A stretch of DNA of 58,956 bases, filler included. It is 4 parts of 4 records of this genome, joined end to end, with 100 filler letters (N's around TTAATTAATTAA, not from the genome) between each part and the next. Parts side by side here need not be neighbours in the genome. Positions count along the whole stretch, not along the records: positions 25,412 to 32,289 come from SRR22947727_130; positions 32,390 to 39,878 come from SRR22947727_132; positions 39,979 to 58,956 come from SRR22947727_133; 1 more part is not named here. One strand, given 5' to 3'. A program made the position numbers and the translations under genes. The notes under the pieces are model-generated. The model ran no database searches, was not told the DNA's origin, and saw nothing but the letters and a program-made list of their open reading frames with translations. How positions within the stretch are numbered: the stretch's first letter is position 1; every line of letters starts with the position of its first letter. Shown here in pieces: positions 31,055 through 42,900 of the stretch.

Positions 31055-32289
31055 ATGAGTAAAGTAATAGGAATTGATTTAGGAACTACAAATTCGTGTG
31101 TAGCCATAATGGATGGTTCACAAGCAAAAGTTTTAGAAAATGCAGAAGGCGCAAGAACAACACCCTCTGTTGTTGCTTTTTTAGAAAACGAAGAAAAACT
31201 AATTGGGCAACCAGCAAAGAGACAAGCAGTGACGAATGCTCAAGATACGATTTTTGCCGCTAAAAGATTAATTGGAAGATCTTTTGAAGATGAAACAGTA
31301 AAAAAAGATGTTAGCAAAGTTCCATTCAAAATTATAAAATCTGATAATAATGAGGCTTGGGTAGAAGGTAAAGGAAAAAAATATTCACCTTCCCAAATCT
31401 CGGCATTCATTTTACAAAAAATGAAAGAAACAGCGGAAAAATATTTAGGCCAAGCCGTTACAAAGGCTGTTATAACTGTGCCTGCTTATTTCAATGATGC
31501 TCAAAGACAAGCGACAAAAGATGCTGGAAAAATAGCTGGCTTAGAAGTTTTAAGAATTATAAATGAACCTACTGCTGCCGCACTTGCTTATGGACTCGAT
31601 AAAAAAAATGGACAAAAAATTGCCGTATATGATTTAGGTGGTGGAACCTTTGATGTTTCTATTCTAGAAATAGGAGATGGAGTTTTTGAAGTAAAGTCAA
31701 CAAATGGTGATACATTTTTAGGTGGTGAAGATTTTGATGATGCCATTGTTGATTATTTAATTAATGAATTTAAAAAAGATAATGGTATTGATCTAAAAAA
31801 TGATAAACTTGCTCTTCAAAGATTAAAAGAGGCTGCAGAAAAAGCTAAAATAGAATTGTCTTCTGCAACACAAACAGAAATTAATCTTCCTTTTATTACA
31901 GCAGATAAAACCGGCCCCAAACACGTAAATCTAAAATTTACTAGAGCGAAACTTGAGGCATTAGTCGCGGATCTCGTTGAAAGAACTTTAGAGCCATGTA
32001 AAATAGCTTTGAAAGACTCTGGTTTTTCGGCAGCAGAAATTAATGAAGTAGTTTTAGTAGGCGGAATGACAAGAATGCCTAAGATCATCGAGACTGTAAA
32101 AAATTTTTTTGGCAAAGAACCTAACAAGAGCGTTAACCCTGATGAAGTAGTTGCTATGGGTGCCGCTATACAAGGTGGTGTACTACAAGGAGATGTTAAA
32201 GATGTATTGTTGTTAGACGTAACTCCGTTATCACTCGGAATTGAAACCCTAGGCGGAGTATCAACAAAATTAATTGAAAAAAATACAAC
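31055..32289 (+). CDS. dnaK: chaperone DnaK (3' truncated)
   Basis: [41 protein letters not shown]. Confidence 0.98.
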
Positions 32290-32389
32290 NNNNNNNNNNN
32301 NNNNNNNNNNNNNNNNNNNNNNNNNNNNNNNNNTTAATTAATTAANNNNNNNNNNNNNNNNNNNNNNNNNNNNNNNNNNNNNNNNNNNN
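32290..32389. other. artificial contig linker
   Basis: N44-TTAATTAATTAA-N44. Confidence 0.98.
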
Positions 32390-32597
32390 GGGCGAATACT
32401 TCAACGAGCATGCTATCTAAGGACTCTCCTTTTTTAATACGCTCTTTAAATTCTTCTGTCTTAACCTTGAAGTCAGAATCTTTTAATTTTTTTACTTCAT
32501 CTTCAAGTGCATTAATTTTTGTAACTAATTTTTTATAGTTACTAATTAATCGATCGTTACGCGTCCCGAAGATACTGCCTAATAAATTTTTTAACAT
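32390..32597 (-). CDS. secA: preprotein translocase SecA, N-terminal fragment
   Basis: IFGTRNDR, INALE, KTEEFKER...GESLD; follows the M23 peptidase as in the betaproteobacterial layout. Confidence 0.92.
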
Positions 32598-32609
32598 AAT
32601 TATCTTATT

Positions 32610-33503
32610 TTATTTTTTTAAATACTGCCTAGGATCAAGTGCTCTCCCATTCAACCTAATCTCATAATGCAAGTGAGGGCCAGTTGAACGCCCTGTATTT
32701 CCTACCAGGGCAATCACCTGATTTTTTTCGATGATATCACCCTTTTTTACTAAAATTTTTGAGCAATGTGCATACCTTGTCTCAAGGCCATCGCCATGTT
32801 TAATCTTCAAAAAATTTCCATAATTCTTACCCTTAGCCACCATCGTTACTATTCCAGCACCCGTTGCTTTAATTTCTTCTCCATGGGCAGCGCTGAAATC
32901 CAAGCCAGAATGAAAAGCTCGTATGCCTAAAAAAGGGTCACGCCTCCAACCAAAACTGGATGATGTATATGGAACTGAAACCGGATAGAGTGTCGGTAAC
33001 GTTTCTTTAAGCACTGAATGTTTTAAGAGCATTGCTTCTTTTTTATTGTAATAAATCTCTCTTTTACCTACTTTTTCAAGTAAATGGGCTAAGGTTTTAT
33101 GAATATCACCCAAACTCAAATTATCATTTATGAAAGGCCCTCCCACATTTTTATCTTTTTTATCCTTTTTATCTTTTAGCGAGGGTAATTTATCTTTCCC
33201 CAAAATTTGACTTCTCATTATTTCTTGAATTCGTTCGGATTGCACATCAAGCTGCATTATGCGTGCATTCAACTCTCCAATCTGACTAATATAAAGCTCT
33301 AGTTCTTGCTTTGAAAGCTCACTGTTGAGGTTAACTTCAGACATCAAGTTAAGGCTCAGAGTTTCCTCTTTTTGTTGAAATATAAATAAGGTGTACGCAG
33401 ATGCAAAACCCACAGCAAATATTATCGTTATCAACACACACAACGAATAAAAACTTAAACTTTTGGGTTTCTTAGCATCCTTATTAAGGAATAATATTTT
33501 CAT
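32610..33503 (-). CDS. M23 family metallopeptidase
   Basis: HSGLDF, YAH, GNTGRSTGPHLHYE; N-terminal TM and coiled coil. Confidence 0.92.
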   Translation of the reverse strand: MKILFLNKDAKKPKSLSFYSLCVLITIIFAVGFASAYTLFIFQQKEETLSLNLMSEVNLNSELSKQELELYISQIGELNARIMQLDVQSERIQEIMRSQILGKDKLPSLKDKKDKKDKNVGGPFINDNLSLGDIHKTLAHLLEKVGKREIYYNKKEAMLLKHSVLKETLPTLYPVSVPYTSSSFGWRRDPFLGIRAFHSGLDFSAAHGEEIKATGAGIVTMVAKGKNYGNFLKIKHGDGLETRYAHCSKILVKKGDIIEKNQVIALVGNTGRSTGPHLHYEIRLNGRALDPRQYLKK

Positions 33504-33552
33504 CTATGTTTGTAATTTATTTCTATTACTTAAAATAATGTAGCATTATAGT

Positions 33553-33975
33553 ATGGAACGTATAAAAAAGTTGTTACATGGTCAAAATTTTTCTGATTTT
33601 GCTGCAAAGAAGAAAGAACATGATTTGTTACAAAAAATTCTTTTAAGTAACGTAAGTAAAAAATTTAAAGAAAAAATTATTGCAAAAAATATACTCAACC
33701 ATACGTTATTAATTGAGGCAGAAAATAGTGCAGTCGCCTCTCAACTAAAACTAGTCAGTTCAGAGATCATAGAAAAAATAAATGGCAGCAGCCGGCTCGA
33801 AAATAAAATCGAAAAGATTAAAATTAATGTTTCCATTCTTCATCCAAAAAATCCAAAAAGAAACATAAAAAAAATTCCATCAACAGCAAATCAAACTCTC
33901 CAGGAATTAAAAGAAAATATGAGTGACTCACCACTAAAAAATATTATTAATGGCTTATTTAAAACCAAAAAGTAA
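33553..33975 (+). CDS. DciA/DUF721 family protein
   Basis: LLIEAENSAVASQLK...IIEKIN core; divergent from M23-secA as in betaproteobacteria. Confidence 0.7.
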   Translation: MERIKKLLHGQNFSDFAAKKKEHDLLQKILLSNVSKKFKEKIIAKNILNHTLLIEAENSAVASQLKLVSSEIIEKINGSSRLENKIEKIKINVSILHPKNPKRNIKKIPSTANQTLQELKENMSDSPLKNIINGLFKTKK

Positions 33976-33983
33976 TTAAATAA

Positions 33984-34775
33984 ATGTTAGAAGTCTTCAT
34001 TTTTATTTTTTCAGGTATTTTCATCGGAATTGCAGCTGGGCTATTTGGATTAGGGGGTGGATTGATGATTGTCCCCGTTGTAACCTACTGCCTGACTTAT
34101 TTTTCCAACCTACCCCTTGAACAAGCAATCGTAATTGGGATAAGTACCTCGCTAGCCTCAATGGTCATAACAGGTGCAATGGCGGCATATGCACATACTA
34201 AGAATAATAATGTGAATTATGAAATTGTAAAAAAATTTATACCAGGTTTAGCTTTAGGTTCTCTTTTGATTGGATTCTTTATTAAAAATATCCCAGGAGA
34301 CTTTTTAAAATATTTTTTTATTTTATATGCATTCTTTATTGCCTATAAATTATTTAAGCATCAAGTTATTTTAAAAAAAAGTACCCTTCCTAATCGATGG
34401 CAATCAAATATAATCGCTTTTCTTTTTTCAATAATCTCTGGTGTTGTTGGAATTGGTGGTGCAACACTATTTGTTCCCTTTCTCATCAAAAAGAATATTC
34501 CACCCAAACTTGCAATTGGAACAGCTAGTGTTTTAGGTTTTTTTATAGGTCTCGGTGCATCCATTGCTATTTATATAGGTTCACTTCATTCAGGATTTCA
34601 AAACAATATTACCTTTGGATTTATTTACACCCCTGCTATTTTATTTTTAACACTTCCTAGCCTTATATTTATCAAATTATCTGCGGGTTGGCTTTTACAA
34701 TTAGACGACCTAGTGATTAAAAGATTGTTTAGCCTATTGCTAATAATAATTGGAATTATGATGCTTTTAAATTAA
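33984..34775 (+). CDS. sulfite exporter TauE/SafE family membrane protein
   Basis: AGLFGLGGGLMIVP and SGVVGIGGATLFVP repeats, multiple TM helices. Confidence 0.88.
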   Translation: MLEVFIFIFSGIFIGIAAGLFGLGGGLMIVPVVTYCLTYFSNLPLEQAIVIGISTSLASMVITGAMAAYAHTKNNNVNYEIVKKFIPGLALGSLLIGFFIKNIPGDFLKYFFILYAFFIAYKLFKHQVILKKSTLPNRWQSNIIAFLFSIISGVVGIGGATLFVPFLIKKNIPPKLAIGTASVLGFFIGLGASIAIYIGSLHSGFQNNITFGFIYTPAILFLTLPSLIFIKLSAGWLLQLDDLVIKRLFSLLLIIIGIMMLLN

Positions 34776-34908
34776 GTGGGTTTGCATTTTTTATACCTAC
34801 ATTTTTAATTCAATTTTTGATTGAACCTTATCTCAAAACAGTTATAATTACGCATTATTTTTTTCAAGTCTTATAGAAGATTTGAATTTTAAAACTCATG
34901 GAGGAAAT

Positions 34909-36951
34909 ATGTCATTAGTCGATTACCCAGTAATTCATATAGCTATAGGTGCAGCCATTTTAGCTGTGATTTATGGTTTGGTTATGTCCAGATGGATCAT
35001 TAATCTACCTGCAGGCAATTCAAAGATGAAAGCGATTGCCGGTGCTATTCAGGATGGAGCAGCCGCTTACTTAACAAGACAATATAAAACTATTGCTCTA
35101 GTTGGAATTATTTTAGCAGTGCTTATTTATTATTTTATTGATTGTAATACTGCCATTGGTTTTGTGATCGGCGCTGTTCTATCTGGTTTATGCGGATTTA
35201 TTGGCATGAATGTTTCTGTTCGAGCAAATGTGAGAACTGCGCAAGCAGCAACTAAAGGTTTACCTCAAGCGTTTGATGTTGCTTTCAAGGGTGGTGCGAT
35301 TACAGGTATGTTAGTTGTCGGTTTGGGCTTATTAGGTGTGGCAGGTTTTTATCTTTACTTAGGTGGCGAGACACTCACAACAACTGAAGCATTAAATCCT
35401 CTGATTGGTTTAGCTTTTGGATCATCACTTATTTCTATTTTTGCACGTTTGGGTGGTGGTATCTTCACTAAAGGAGCTGATGTCGGCGCTGACTTAGTGG
35501 GTAAAGTTGAAGCAGGTATTCCAGAAGACGACCCAAGAAACCCAGCGGTGATTGCAGATAACGTGGGTGATAACGTCGGTGATTGTGCGGGTATGGCAGC
35601 TGACTTATTTGAGACATATGCAGTCACAATTATTGCGACGATGGTATTAGGTGCGCTTATGGTTTCTGACATCAACGGTGTTCTTTATCCATTAATGTTG
35701 GGTGCAGTTTCAATTATTGCATCTATTATTGGTTGTATGTTTGTGAAGGCTAATAATAAAATGACTAATGTGATGCCAGCCCTTTATCGTGGTCTAGCGG
35801 TTGCTGGTATTCTTTCAGCGATTGCATTTTATTACGTCAGCGTTCAAATGTTCCCTGAAGGTATTCAAATTGATGACCAAACTTTTTCAGCAACTGCTTT
35901 ATTTGGTTCAGCGGTGGTGGGTTTAGTTTTAACTGCATTGCTTGTATTTATTACTGAATACTACACTGGTACACAATTTAAACCCGTTCAGCACGTAGCT
36001 AAAGCATCTGAAACTGGCCATGCAACAAATATTATCGCGGGTATTGGTATTTCAATGAAATCAACTGCATTACCAGTGCTTTCAGTTTGTGCGGCTATCT
36101 TTACTTCTTATGAACTAGCTGGGTTATATGGTGTTGCGATTGCAGCGACATCGATGTTGAGTATGGCGGGTATTATCGTGGCACTCGATGCATACGGTCC
36201 TATTACAGACAATGCGGGTGGTATTGCTGAAATGGCAGGTCTTCCACAAAAAGTGCGTGACATTACGGACCCCTTAGATGCGGTGGGTAACACTACAAAA
36301 GCGGTCACAAAAGGTTATGCAATTGGTTCAGCAGGATTGGCTGCTTTAGTTCTTTTTGCTGATTACACACACAAACTTGAACACTACAACATCGTGACAA
36401 ACTTTGACCTAAGTGAGCCGATGGTGATTATTGGTCTATTCATTGGTGGTTTGATTCCTTTCTTATTTGCAGCAATGGCGATGGAAGCCGTTGGGCGAGC
36501 AGCCGCATCGGTGGTTGAAGAAGTGAGACGTCAATTTAAAACCATTAAAGGAATTATGACGGGTAAAGGAAAGCCAGATTATGCGAAAGCCGTTGATTTA
36601 TTAACCGCCTCAGCAATTAAAGAAATGGTTATTCCTTCAATTCTTCCGGTTGCCGTTCCAGTTGTCGTAGGTATTTATTTAGGGCCACAAGCTCTAGGTG
36701 GGTTACTCATGGGAACCATTGTGACTGGTTTATTTGTTGCGATTTCAATGTGTACAGGTGGCGGTGCTTGGGATAACGCTAAGAAACACATCGAAGATGG
36801 TAATCATGGCGGTAAAGGATCTGAAGCACACAAGGCCTCAGTGACAGGTGATACAGTGGGTGATCCATATAAGGATACAGCAGGTCCAGCGATTAACCCA
36901 TTGATTAAAATTATCAATATCGTCGCTTTATTAATCGTTCCAATACTGTAA
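34909..36951 (+). CDS. hppA: membrane H+-translocating pyrophosphatase, K+-independent type
   Basis: [36 protein letters not shown] has Lys at the K+-dependence position; GGAGG RBS. Confidence 0.93.
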   Translation: MSLVDYPVIHIAIGAAILAVIYGLVMSRWIINLPAGNSKMKAIAGAIQDGAAAYLTRQYKTIALVGIILAVLIYYFIDCNTAIGFVIGAVLSGLCGFIGMNVSVRANVRTAQAATKGLPQAFDVAFKGGAITGMLVVGLGLLGVAGFYLYLGGETLTTTEALNPLIGLAFGSSLISIFARLGGGIFTKGADVGADLVGKVEAGIPEDDPRNPAVIADNVGDNVGDCAGMAADLFETYAVTIIATMVLGALMVSDINGVLYPLMLGAVSIIASIIGCMFVKANNKMTNVMPALYRGLAVAGILSAIAFYYVSVQMFPEGIQIDDQTFSATALFGSAVVGLVLTALLVFITEYYTGTQFKPVQHVAKASETGHATNIIAGIGISMKSTALPVLSVCAAIFTSYELAGLYGVAIAATSMLSMAGIIVALDAYGPITDNAGGIAEMAGLPQKVRDITDPLDAVGNTTKAVTKGYAIGSAGLAALVLFADYTHKLEHYNIVTNFDLSEPMVIIGLFIGGLIPFLFAAMAMEAVGRAAASVVEEVRRQFKTIKGIMTGKGKPDYAKAVDLLTASAIKEMVIPSILPVAVPVVVGIYLGPQALGGLLMGTIVTGLFVAISMCTGGGAWDNAKKHIEDGNHGGKGSEAHKASVTGDTVGDPYKDTAGPAINPLIKIINIVALLIVPIL

Positions 36952-36966
36952 GGTAAATTTAAATTT

Positions 36967-36997
36967 AAAAGCCCGCCCTTTTGAGGTGGGCTTTTTT
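36967..36997. terminator. bidirectional rho-independent terminator
   Basis: AAAAGCCCGCC-CTTTTGA-GGTGGGCTTTTTT between convergent genes. Confidence 0.85.
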
Positions 36998-37010
36998 ATA
37001 TGTGAAATTT

Positions 37011-37475
37011 TTAGGAATAAACTCGAAACATTAAGAAAGTAACAAAGACAACCCAAATCGGTATCAAGCTCACAATAAATGATTGCGTTTTAAATGTCGT
37101 ATGTAGAAGCCCTACAATAAAACTCCCATAAAAAATTGTAACTAAGTTTCCTAAAATCATACTGCTGAGTGATGAAAAACCCATTGTATAAAAAGGGTAA
37201 GTGACACAAATGAGGAATAAAAGGATGAGGTGTTTAGCAATGAACTCATTTTTCTTAGCAACGACAGAAAAACTATAAGATAAACCCGCAATTAATAACA
37301 TCCACACCGTACCGATGACTTTGGATGATGGGAAAAAAATATCAGTCTGTTCTGATCTGACATTTGAGAGTCCAGAAATATCAAAGTAAGCAATTAATAT
37401 ATTAATTAGACCCGTTATAAAGAATGCTAAAAGGATTAACTGAATTGCATTGAATTTTGAAATTGTCTTAAACAT
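37011..37475 (-). CDS. TspO/MBR-like membrane protein
   Basis: About 5 TM helices, FFPSSKVIGTVWMLL and LIPIWVVF resemble TspO motifs. Confidence 0.55.
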   Translation of the reverse strand: MFKTISKFNAIQLILLAFFITGLINILIAYFDISGLSNVRSEQTDIFFPSSKVIGTVWMLLIAGLSYSFSVVAKKNEFIAKHLILLFLICVTYPFYTMGFSSLSSMILGNLVTIFYGSFIVGLLHTTFKTQSFIVSLIPIWVVFVTFLMFRVYS

Positions 37476-37479
37476 TAAT

Positions 37480-38214
37480 TTATGTATCGTATTGTTGAAG
37501 TTTATTAAATGTAATTACCTGATTGAGTCTTCTTTCGTAATCCCCATTCGTTAATTCGGAATAATGTGATAGCCCTTCAGTCAATTCAATAGAATCCATT
37601 GTCATTACCTTTGAAACTTCTTCTTCACGCAGTCTTCTTAATTCTTTATAGGAATTACTAGTATTTAAATTTCGATAATATGATTGGATACTATCAAATA
37701 CGGAAGCAAATTTAGCTACCTCTACTCTTTTATCTCCACGAGCCTTAATTCCGCAACCTTTAGAAAAACAATGTTGGCCAAAAAAATTATTTCCCTCAAC
37801 TGCAAACCTCGAAGTTCCCCAAGCTGACTCTAAAATAGCTTGAGCTAAAATCAAACTGACGGGATAAACATTAGCCTTATGTATGAGCTCATCGAATTGT
37901 TCTGAAATTGATAGTGTTTCTTTTACTTTATAATATTTAATTAATTTAGATAATTTTTTCCTATCTAATTCGCTAGGAGTTTTACTGAGTGCTAAATCAT
38001 TACGAAGATTTAACACAAAATCTCTATCCTCTTTTATACCAACACTTGCCTTATCAATTAGTGGCCTCACATAGTTGATAAAAACTTTTTTTCTCTCAGG
38101 GCCAGCCGCATATTTTTTAAAATCAGGTTTTGTATCCGCGTAGGCATTTAAAATAGATATGTTTAATAAAACACAAATGATTGACCCAAAAAAACCTAAT
38201 TTTAATTGATGCAT
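37480..38214 (-). CDS. glucosaminidase-domain protein (Bax-like)
   Basis: LAQAILESAWGTSRFAVEGNNFFGQHC, YYRNLNT, YSE. Confidence 0.88.
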   Translation of the reverse strand: MHQLKLGFFGSIICVLLNISILNAYADTKPDFKKYAAGPERKKVFINYVRPLIDKASVGIKEDRDFVLNLRNDLALSKTPSELDRKKLSKLIKYYKVKETLSISEQFDELIHKANVYPVSLILAQAILESAWGTSRFAVEGNNFFGQHCFSKGCGIKARGDKRVEVAKFASVFDSIQSYYRNLNTSNSYKELRRLREEEVSKVMTMDSIELTEGLSHYSELTNGDYERRLNQVITFNKLQQYDT

Positions 38215-38229
38215 TTAATAATCCTTTAT

Positions 38230-39120
38230 TTATAAAATTATTTCACCCGTTAATTTTTCAAATATGTCTAAATATTTCTGGCTAGTTTTTTGGATAATGT
38301 TATCGGGAAGTTTCGGTGGCGGTGGTGTCTTGTCCCAATCCTGACTTTCTAACCAGTCTCTTATGAATTGTTTATCAAAACTATGGGGTGATGTGCCCAC
38401 CTGGTAGTTGTCTTTTGACCAAAATCTTGACGAATCAGGTGTCAGCACCTCATCCATGATAAATAATTTACCACTACTATCTGTTCCAAATTCAAATTTA
38501 GTATCCGCGATCATGATCCCTTTTTCAAGTGCCACTTCATAGGCAACTTTATAAATCTCAAGACTGATGTTTGAAATTTGATCTGTTAAATCCTGTCCGA
38601 TTAATTCAATACAGCTTGCCATTGAAATATTCTCATCATGATCACCAACCGCAGCTTTATTTGATGGGGTAAAAATGGTTTCTGGAAGTTGGCTGGCAAG
38701 TTTAAGTCCAGATGGGAGATCAATCTGACAGATAGATTGATCTTTTTGGTACTCCTTCCATCCACTGCCAACTAGATAGCCACGAACGATGGCTTCAATT
38801 GGGATGGGTGTTAATTTCTTTACCACCACTGCTCGATTTTTTACCCTTAACGCTTCATCTTCTGTAACAAATTGGCTGGCATCTTCATGAGTCAAATGAT
38901 TGGGAACAATACCCTCAATCTTTTTAAACCAGAAACTTGCCATTTGGTTTAGCACCTGCCCTTTGTGTGGAATCGTCTCATTCATAATCACGTCAAAAGC
39001 AGATATCCTGTCAGTCGTGACAATCAACATCTTGTCTTGATTGATGTCGTATATATCTCTGACCTTACCTTGATGAAGTAATGGCAAGGATTGAATGTCT
39101 AATTTAGATTTAGTGTTCAA
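38230..39120 (-). CDS. purC: SAICAR synthase
   Basis: GKVRDIY, TDRISAFD, ADTKFEFG, DEVLTPDSSRFW, DKQFIRDWL. Confidence 0.96.
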   Translation of the reverse strand: MNTKSKLDIQSLPLLHQGKVRDIYDINQDKMLIVTTDRISAFDVIMNETIPHKGQVLNQMASFWFKKIEGIVPNHLTHEDASQFVTEDEALRVKNRAVVVKKLTPIPIEAIVRGYLVGSGWKEYQKDQSICQIDLPSGLKLASQLPETIFTPSNKAAVGDHDENISMASCIELIGQDLTDQISNISLEIYKVAYEVALEKGIMIADTKFEFGTDSSGKLFIMDEVLTPDSSRFWSKDNYQVGTSPHSFDKQFIRDWLESQDWDKTPPPPKLPDNIIQKTSQKYLDIFEKLTGEIIL

Positions 39121-39877
39121 TTGTTGAGCGCTTCTCTAAAATTTCAATTGCAGGTAATTTTTTTCCTTCAACAAACTCTAAAAATGCACCGCCTGCAGTT
39201 GAGATATATGACATATTTTTCAACATACCAAATTTTTCTAGTGCAGCAATTGTGTCACCACCTCCAACTAGAGAAAATGCAATTGCATTTGCAATCGAGT
39301 GGGCTAATGTTTCTGTCCCTTTAGAAAATTGGTCAAATTCAAAAACGCCTATAGGACCATTCCATAAAATAGTTTGTGATTTCTTGATAGTGTCCTCAAT
39401 GCCTTTCATTGTCTCAGGACCTAGATCAAAAATCATGTCTGAAGATTCTAAATCATTTATATTTTTTTTAACTGCAGTTTCATTTTCGTTAAATTCTTTT
39501 GCACAAATTACATCAGTCACCAATGGTAGTGATCCACCTCGTGATTCTAATTTTTGAATAATTTTTTTGGCTGAATCGATAAAGTCTTTTTCGTAAAGTG
39601 AATTTCCAATGTTAAAACCTTGTGCTTTTAAAAAGGTATTAGCAATGCCGCCACCTAAAATTAGTTGATCAACCTTATCTGAGAGACTATCCAAAATTGA
39701 AAGTTTGGTAGAGACTTTACTTCCCCCCACAATCGCTACCATAGGTGATTTAGGATTAGACATTACCTTTTGGAGGGCTTCGAGCTCACTAGAAAAAAGT
39801 TTTCCAGCACATACTTGATCACAAAATTGAGCGATTCCATAAGTAGATGCCTGTTTTCTATGAGCAGTTCCAAAGGC
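39110..39877 (-). CDS. pgk: phosphoglycerate kinase (5' truncated)
   Basis: AFGTAHR, GGSKVSTK, WNGPIGVFE, GGGDT, STAGGAFLE. Confidence 0.96.
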   Translation of the reverse strand, partial: AFGTAHRKQASTYGIAQFCDQVCAGKLFSSELEALQKVMSNPKSPMVAIVGGSKVSTKLSILDSLSDKVDQLILGGGIANTFLKAQGFNIGNSLYEKDFIDSAKKIIQKLESRGGSLPLVTDVICAKEFNENETAVKKNINDLESSDMIFDLGPETMKGIEDTIKKSQTILWNGPIGVFEFDQFSKGTETLAHSIANAIAFSLVGGGDTIAALEKFGMLKNMSYISTAGGAFLEFVEGKKLPAIEILEKRSTIEH

Positions 39878-39878
39878 A

Positions 39879-39978
39879 NNNNNNNNNNNNNNNNNNNNNN
39901 NNNNNNNNNNNNNNNNNNNNNNTTAATTAATTAANNNNNNNNNNNNNNNNNNNNNNNNNNNNNNNNNNNNNNNNNNNN
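39879..39978. other. artificial contig linker
   Basis: N44-TTAATTAATTAA-N44. Confidence 0.98.
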
Positions 39979-42900
39979 TTTTTATCTCCAAGTTCTTCAA
40001 GATCGGTATTAGATAGATCGGTCGGAAATATCCAATTTAGTTTGTCTTTTTTCTTAGTTGCAACCATTGAATAAAAAATTATTTCCCTCTCCTCACCTTG
40101 GCATGTGTCAAAAGTCATAATTTTTAAATTAAGCTTATCAAAAAAGTAATCTTTATCTTTATGCTTAGTTATTAAAGTAGTGAGGTTTTTTTGCTGATCT
40201 GAAAAAGGAGTAATAATCCCAACCGTTGTTTCATCTCCTCTTTCTTTAATTTTTTCCAATTGATTAATGATATATTTTGCCTCTTGATCATTAGTATTTT
40301 GAGTTTCTTTATCAATTTCGTAATCTAAAATTTCAAAATGGATAATATCTTTAATAGATTTTGATCTTAGCCTAATAGCTTGCAGATCATCGCTGTAAAA
40401 AGTCTTTGAACAATAAGCTATATGCTCTGGATATCCTCTAAAGTGTTTTTTTAACATAGCATTATAGTTAGCTATCCTTTCGAAAAAATCTAAGATTGAT
40501 GTCTTGACATTGAAGCTTTCGAGCCTTTCGAGCTGTACTGGATCTTTAGAAATATTATTTTTAAAAACTTTTCTAAGGTTGTTTAACAAAGCGTTATTTT
40601 TGATTGAAGTTGCTTGATAAGATTGCAAGTTACTAAATTGTTTTTTATCTCCAAGCACCAATATTTTCTTGGCTCTTATGATTGCTGGAAATGCTTGAGC
40701 TATACTAACTTGAGAGGCTTCGTCTATGATAATTAAATCAAACATTCCAATATCTAGATCAATATATTCAGCAAAATCTCTTACACTTGAAATAATACAT
40801 GGGAATGTATTTTTAAGTTTTGCAAATTGATTTTTTGGAAATTTTTGTTTTGCTCTTATAATTTTACTTAAACTTTTTGCAGTATTTCTATTTGTATCAA
40901 AGAATTTTATAATCTTTTCATCAATAATATCAGTCATACGAGTTGTGTATAGAGACTGGGCTCTTTTCATCAAAGATGCATAATCAAAATTTTCTGAATT
41001 ATCAAAAATTCCTGAAAAGAAATTTTCCAGGTTATAATAACGTTTTATTGAGTCTACTGTTTCTTCTTCAAGTAGTGCAACTTTATTTTCAAACAACGTG
41101 TCAATATCATTTTCTTTAATATCAAGTTTTTTGGATTGATCTTGATTATCATAAATAATATTTAAAGTATGTTTGTATTTATTAAAAAAAGTTAATTGAT
41201 CTTTTATTGAAGAATAATCTTTATTGGCTTTTATAATTTTAATTAATACTTCATGGTTTAATTTATTTTTTTTACAATAATCAATAAAAGAGTCTATATA
41301 TTCTTTAAAAACTTGAAGGTTTACATCATCTTTTTTTAAATTAATCGATCCTGAATAACCAATATTTTTTTTTATATCATCTTCGATTGTTTGAATTTTT
41401 CCAGCTTTTAAAAAACCACCAAGAATACCGCTAGTTAATTCTCTGTATTCTGAAATTTTTTTTCCTAAATAATCCATTGATTTTTCACTTATCTTATTTA
41501 GCAAATAAAATATTTTGGTTGTCTTGATATTTTCACCCACAAAATTATGTATTTCATTTAAACTTTGTTGATAGTTCCTAAAGTCCAATAATTTTTTAGA
41601 CTTATAAATTTCTTTGAATTTATCGATTACAAACTCATATTCTGAAATTTGATTTAAATTATCAATAAAACTATCTAGAGGTAAATCTTCACTCGTTAGT
41701 GAGTTTGTTTGAAGATACAAATTTAAATCTTTAACGTTAATTACTAAATCTTCTTTAGAGCATTGCTTTGATACCTCAGCAAATTCTTGAAATTTTTCTT
41801 TATCTATCCCCTGATAATGATCTGAGAGTATTTTCAATCTATCATTAACAACTCCAGAAATTTCAGAAATTTCTTTTTCAACATCTTTTCTGTGAGTTTT
41901 TTGAGCTCTATGGAAAGTTCTTAAGTTATCTACTGATGTTTTTGCAAGTATCTTATTATAAGTATTGCCCATCTTTCCTAGCCTTAAAATAGGATTTTGA
42001 ATGTTATGTTTCCCTCTTACCTGGTTTAGAGTTGTATTAATTTTGTTTTCAACAACATCTAAAGCCTCTCTCGTATCTGATAGAATTAAGATTGATTTAA
42101 ATTTTAAAATATAATCAAAAGCAATAGCAGAAATAGTGTGTGATTTACCAGTACCAGGTGGTCCTTCTACAACTACATATTTACATTTTTCATTATTAAG
42201 TGCTTTTAAAATTTTTTGTTGTTCTGGATTAACTGGGATTGGACTTTCATAATTTAATCTATCACTGACTTCTAGTCCATCCCATTCATCTTCGATATTT
42301 TCATTTACTACTTCTGGTTCATTAATTAAGAAATCAGTAATCAGTTGTTTAAACATTTCAGCAACATCGCTATCCCCAGCTAAAAGTTTTGACAAAATAT
42401 CTTCATAATCATTTACAAGAGCTTCATCAGATTTGTCAAAAACACAAAAATAACAATTATTTGAAATATTAAATTCCTTTGCTCTAGATACTTGCTTGGT
42501 AGAATTTTTAAAATTTATATCTCCGTTTGTTCTAAGCTTGGAGACAAGGTTCTCAACTATACCTGTTAATCTTTCAGATAAATTTTCTTCTTCAGAAATA
42601 TATAGTTTTCTTTCTTCATCAAATGTTTCAACTTTTTTGTCATCTTTAAACAAAACCTGGAATGCGTATTGAATAGCTTTTCTATTGACAAACATTTCAT
42701 TTGAAAAACTAATTTTAAAATGGCTCTCTGTAGAATATTCTTTAATATTTGCCTGAATATAGAAAAGTGGAAATTTCTTTTTTTCAATCTCAATATCACC
42801 AAAATATAAATATATTTCTTTTTTATCTAAATTTTTTTGTGAATTAACAATTTCTTGAAGGTCATAATAAAAATCTTTTACTTCAAAACCAGAAAAATAA

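Noticed and set aside
25312-39978. TTAATTAATTAA repeats and ORF-track proteins ending in X...LIN/N
   Set aside because: Assembly linker artefacts, not biological repeats or real C-termini
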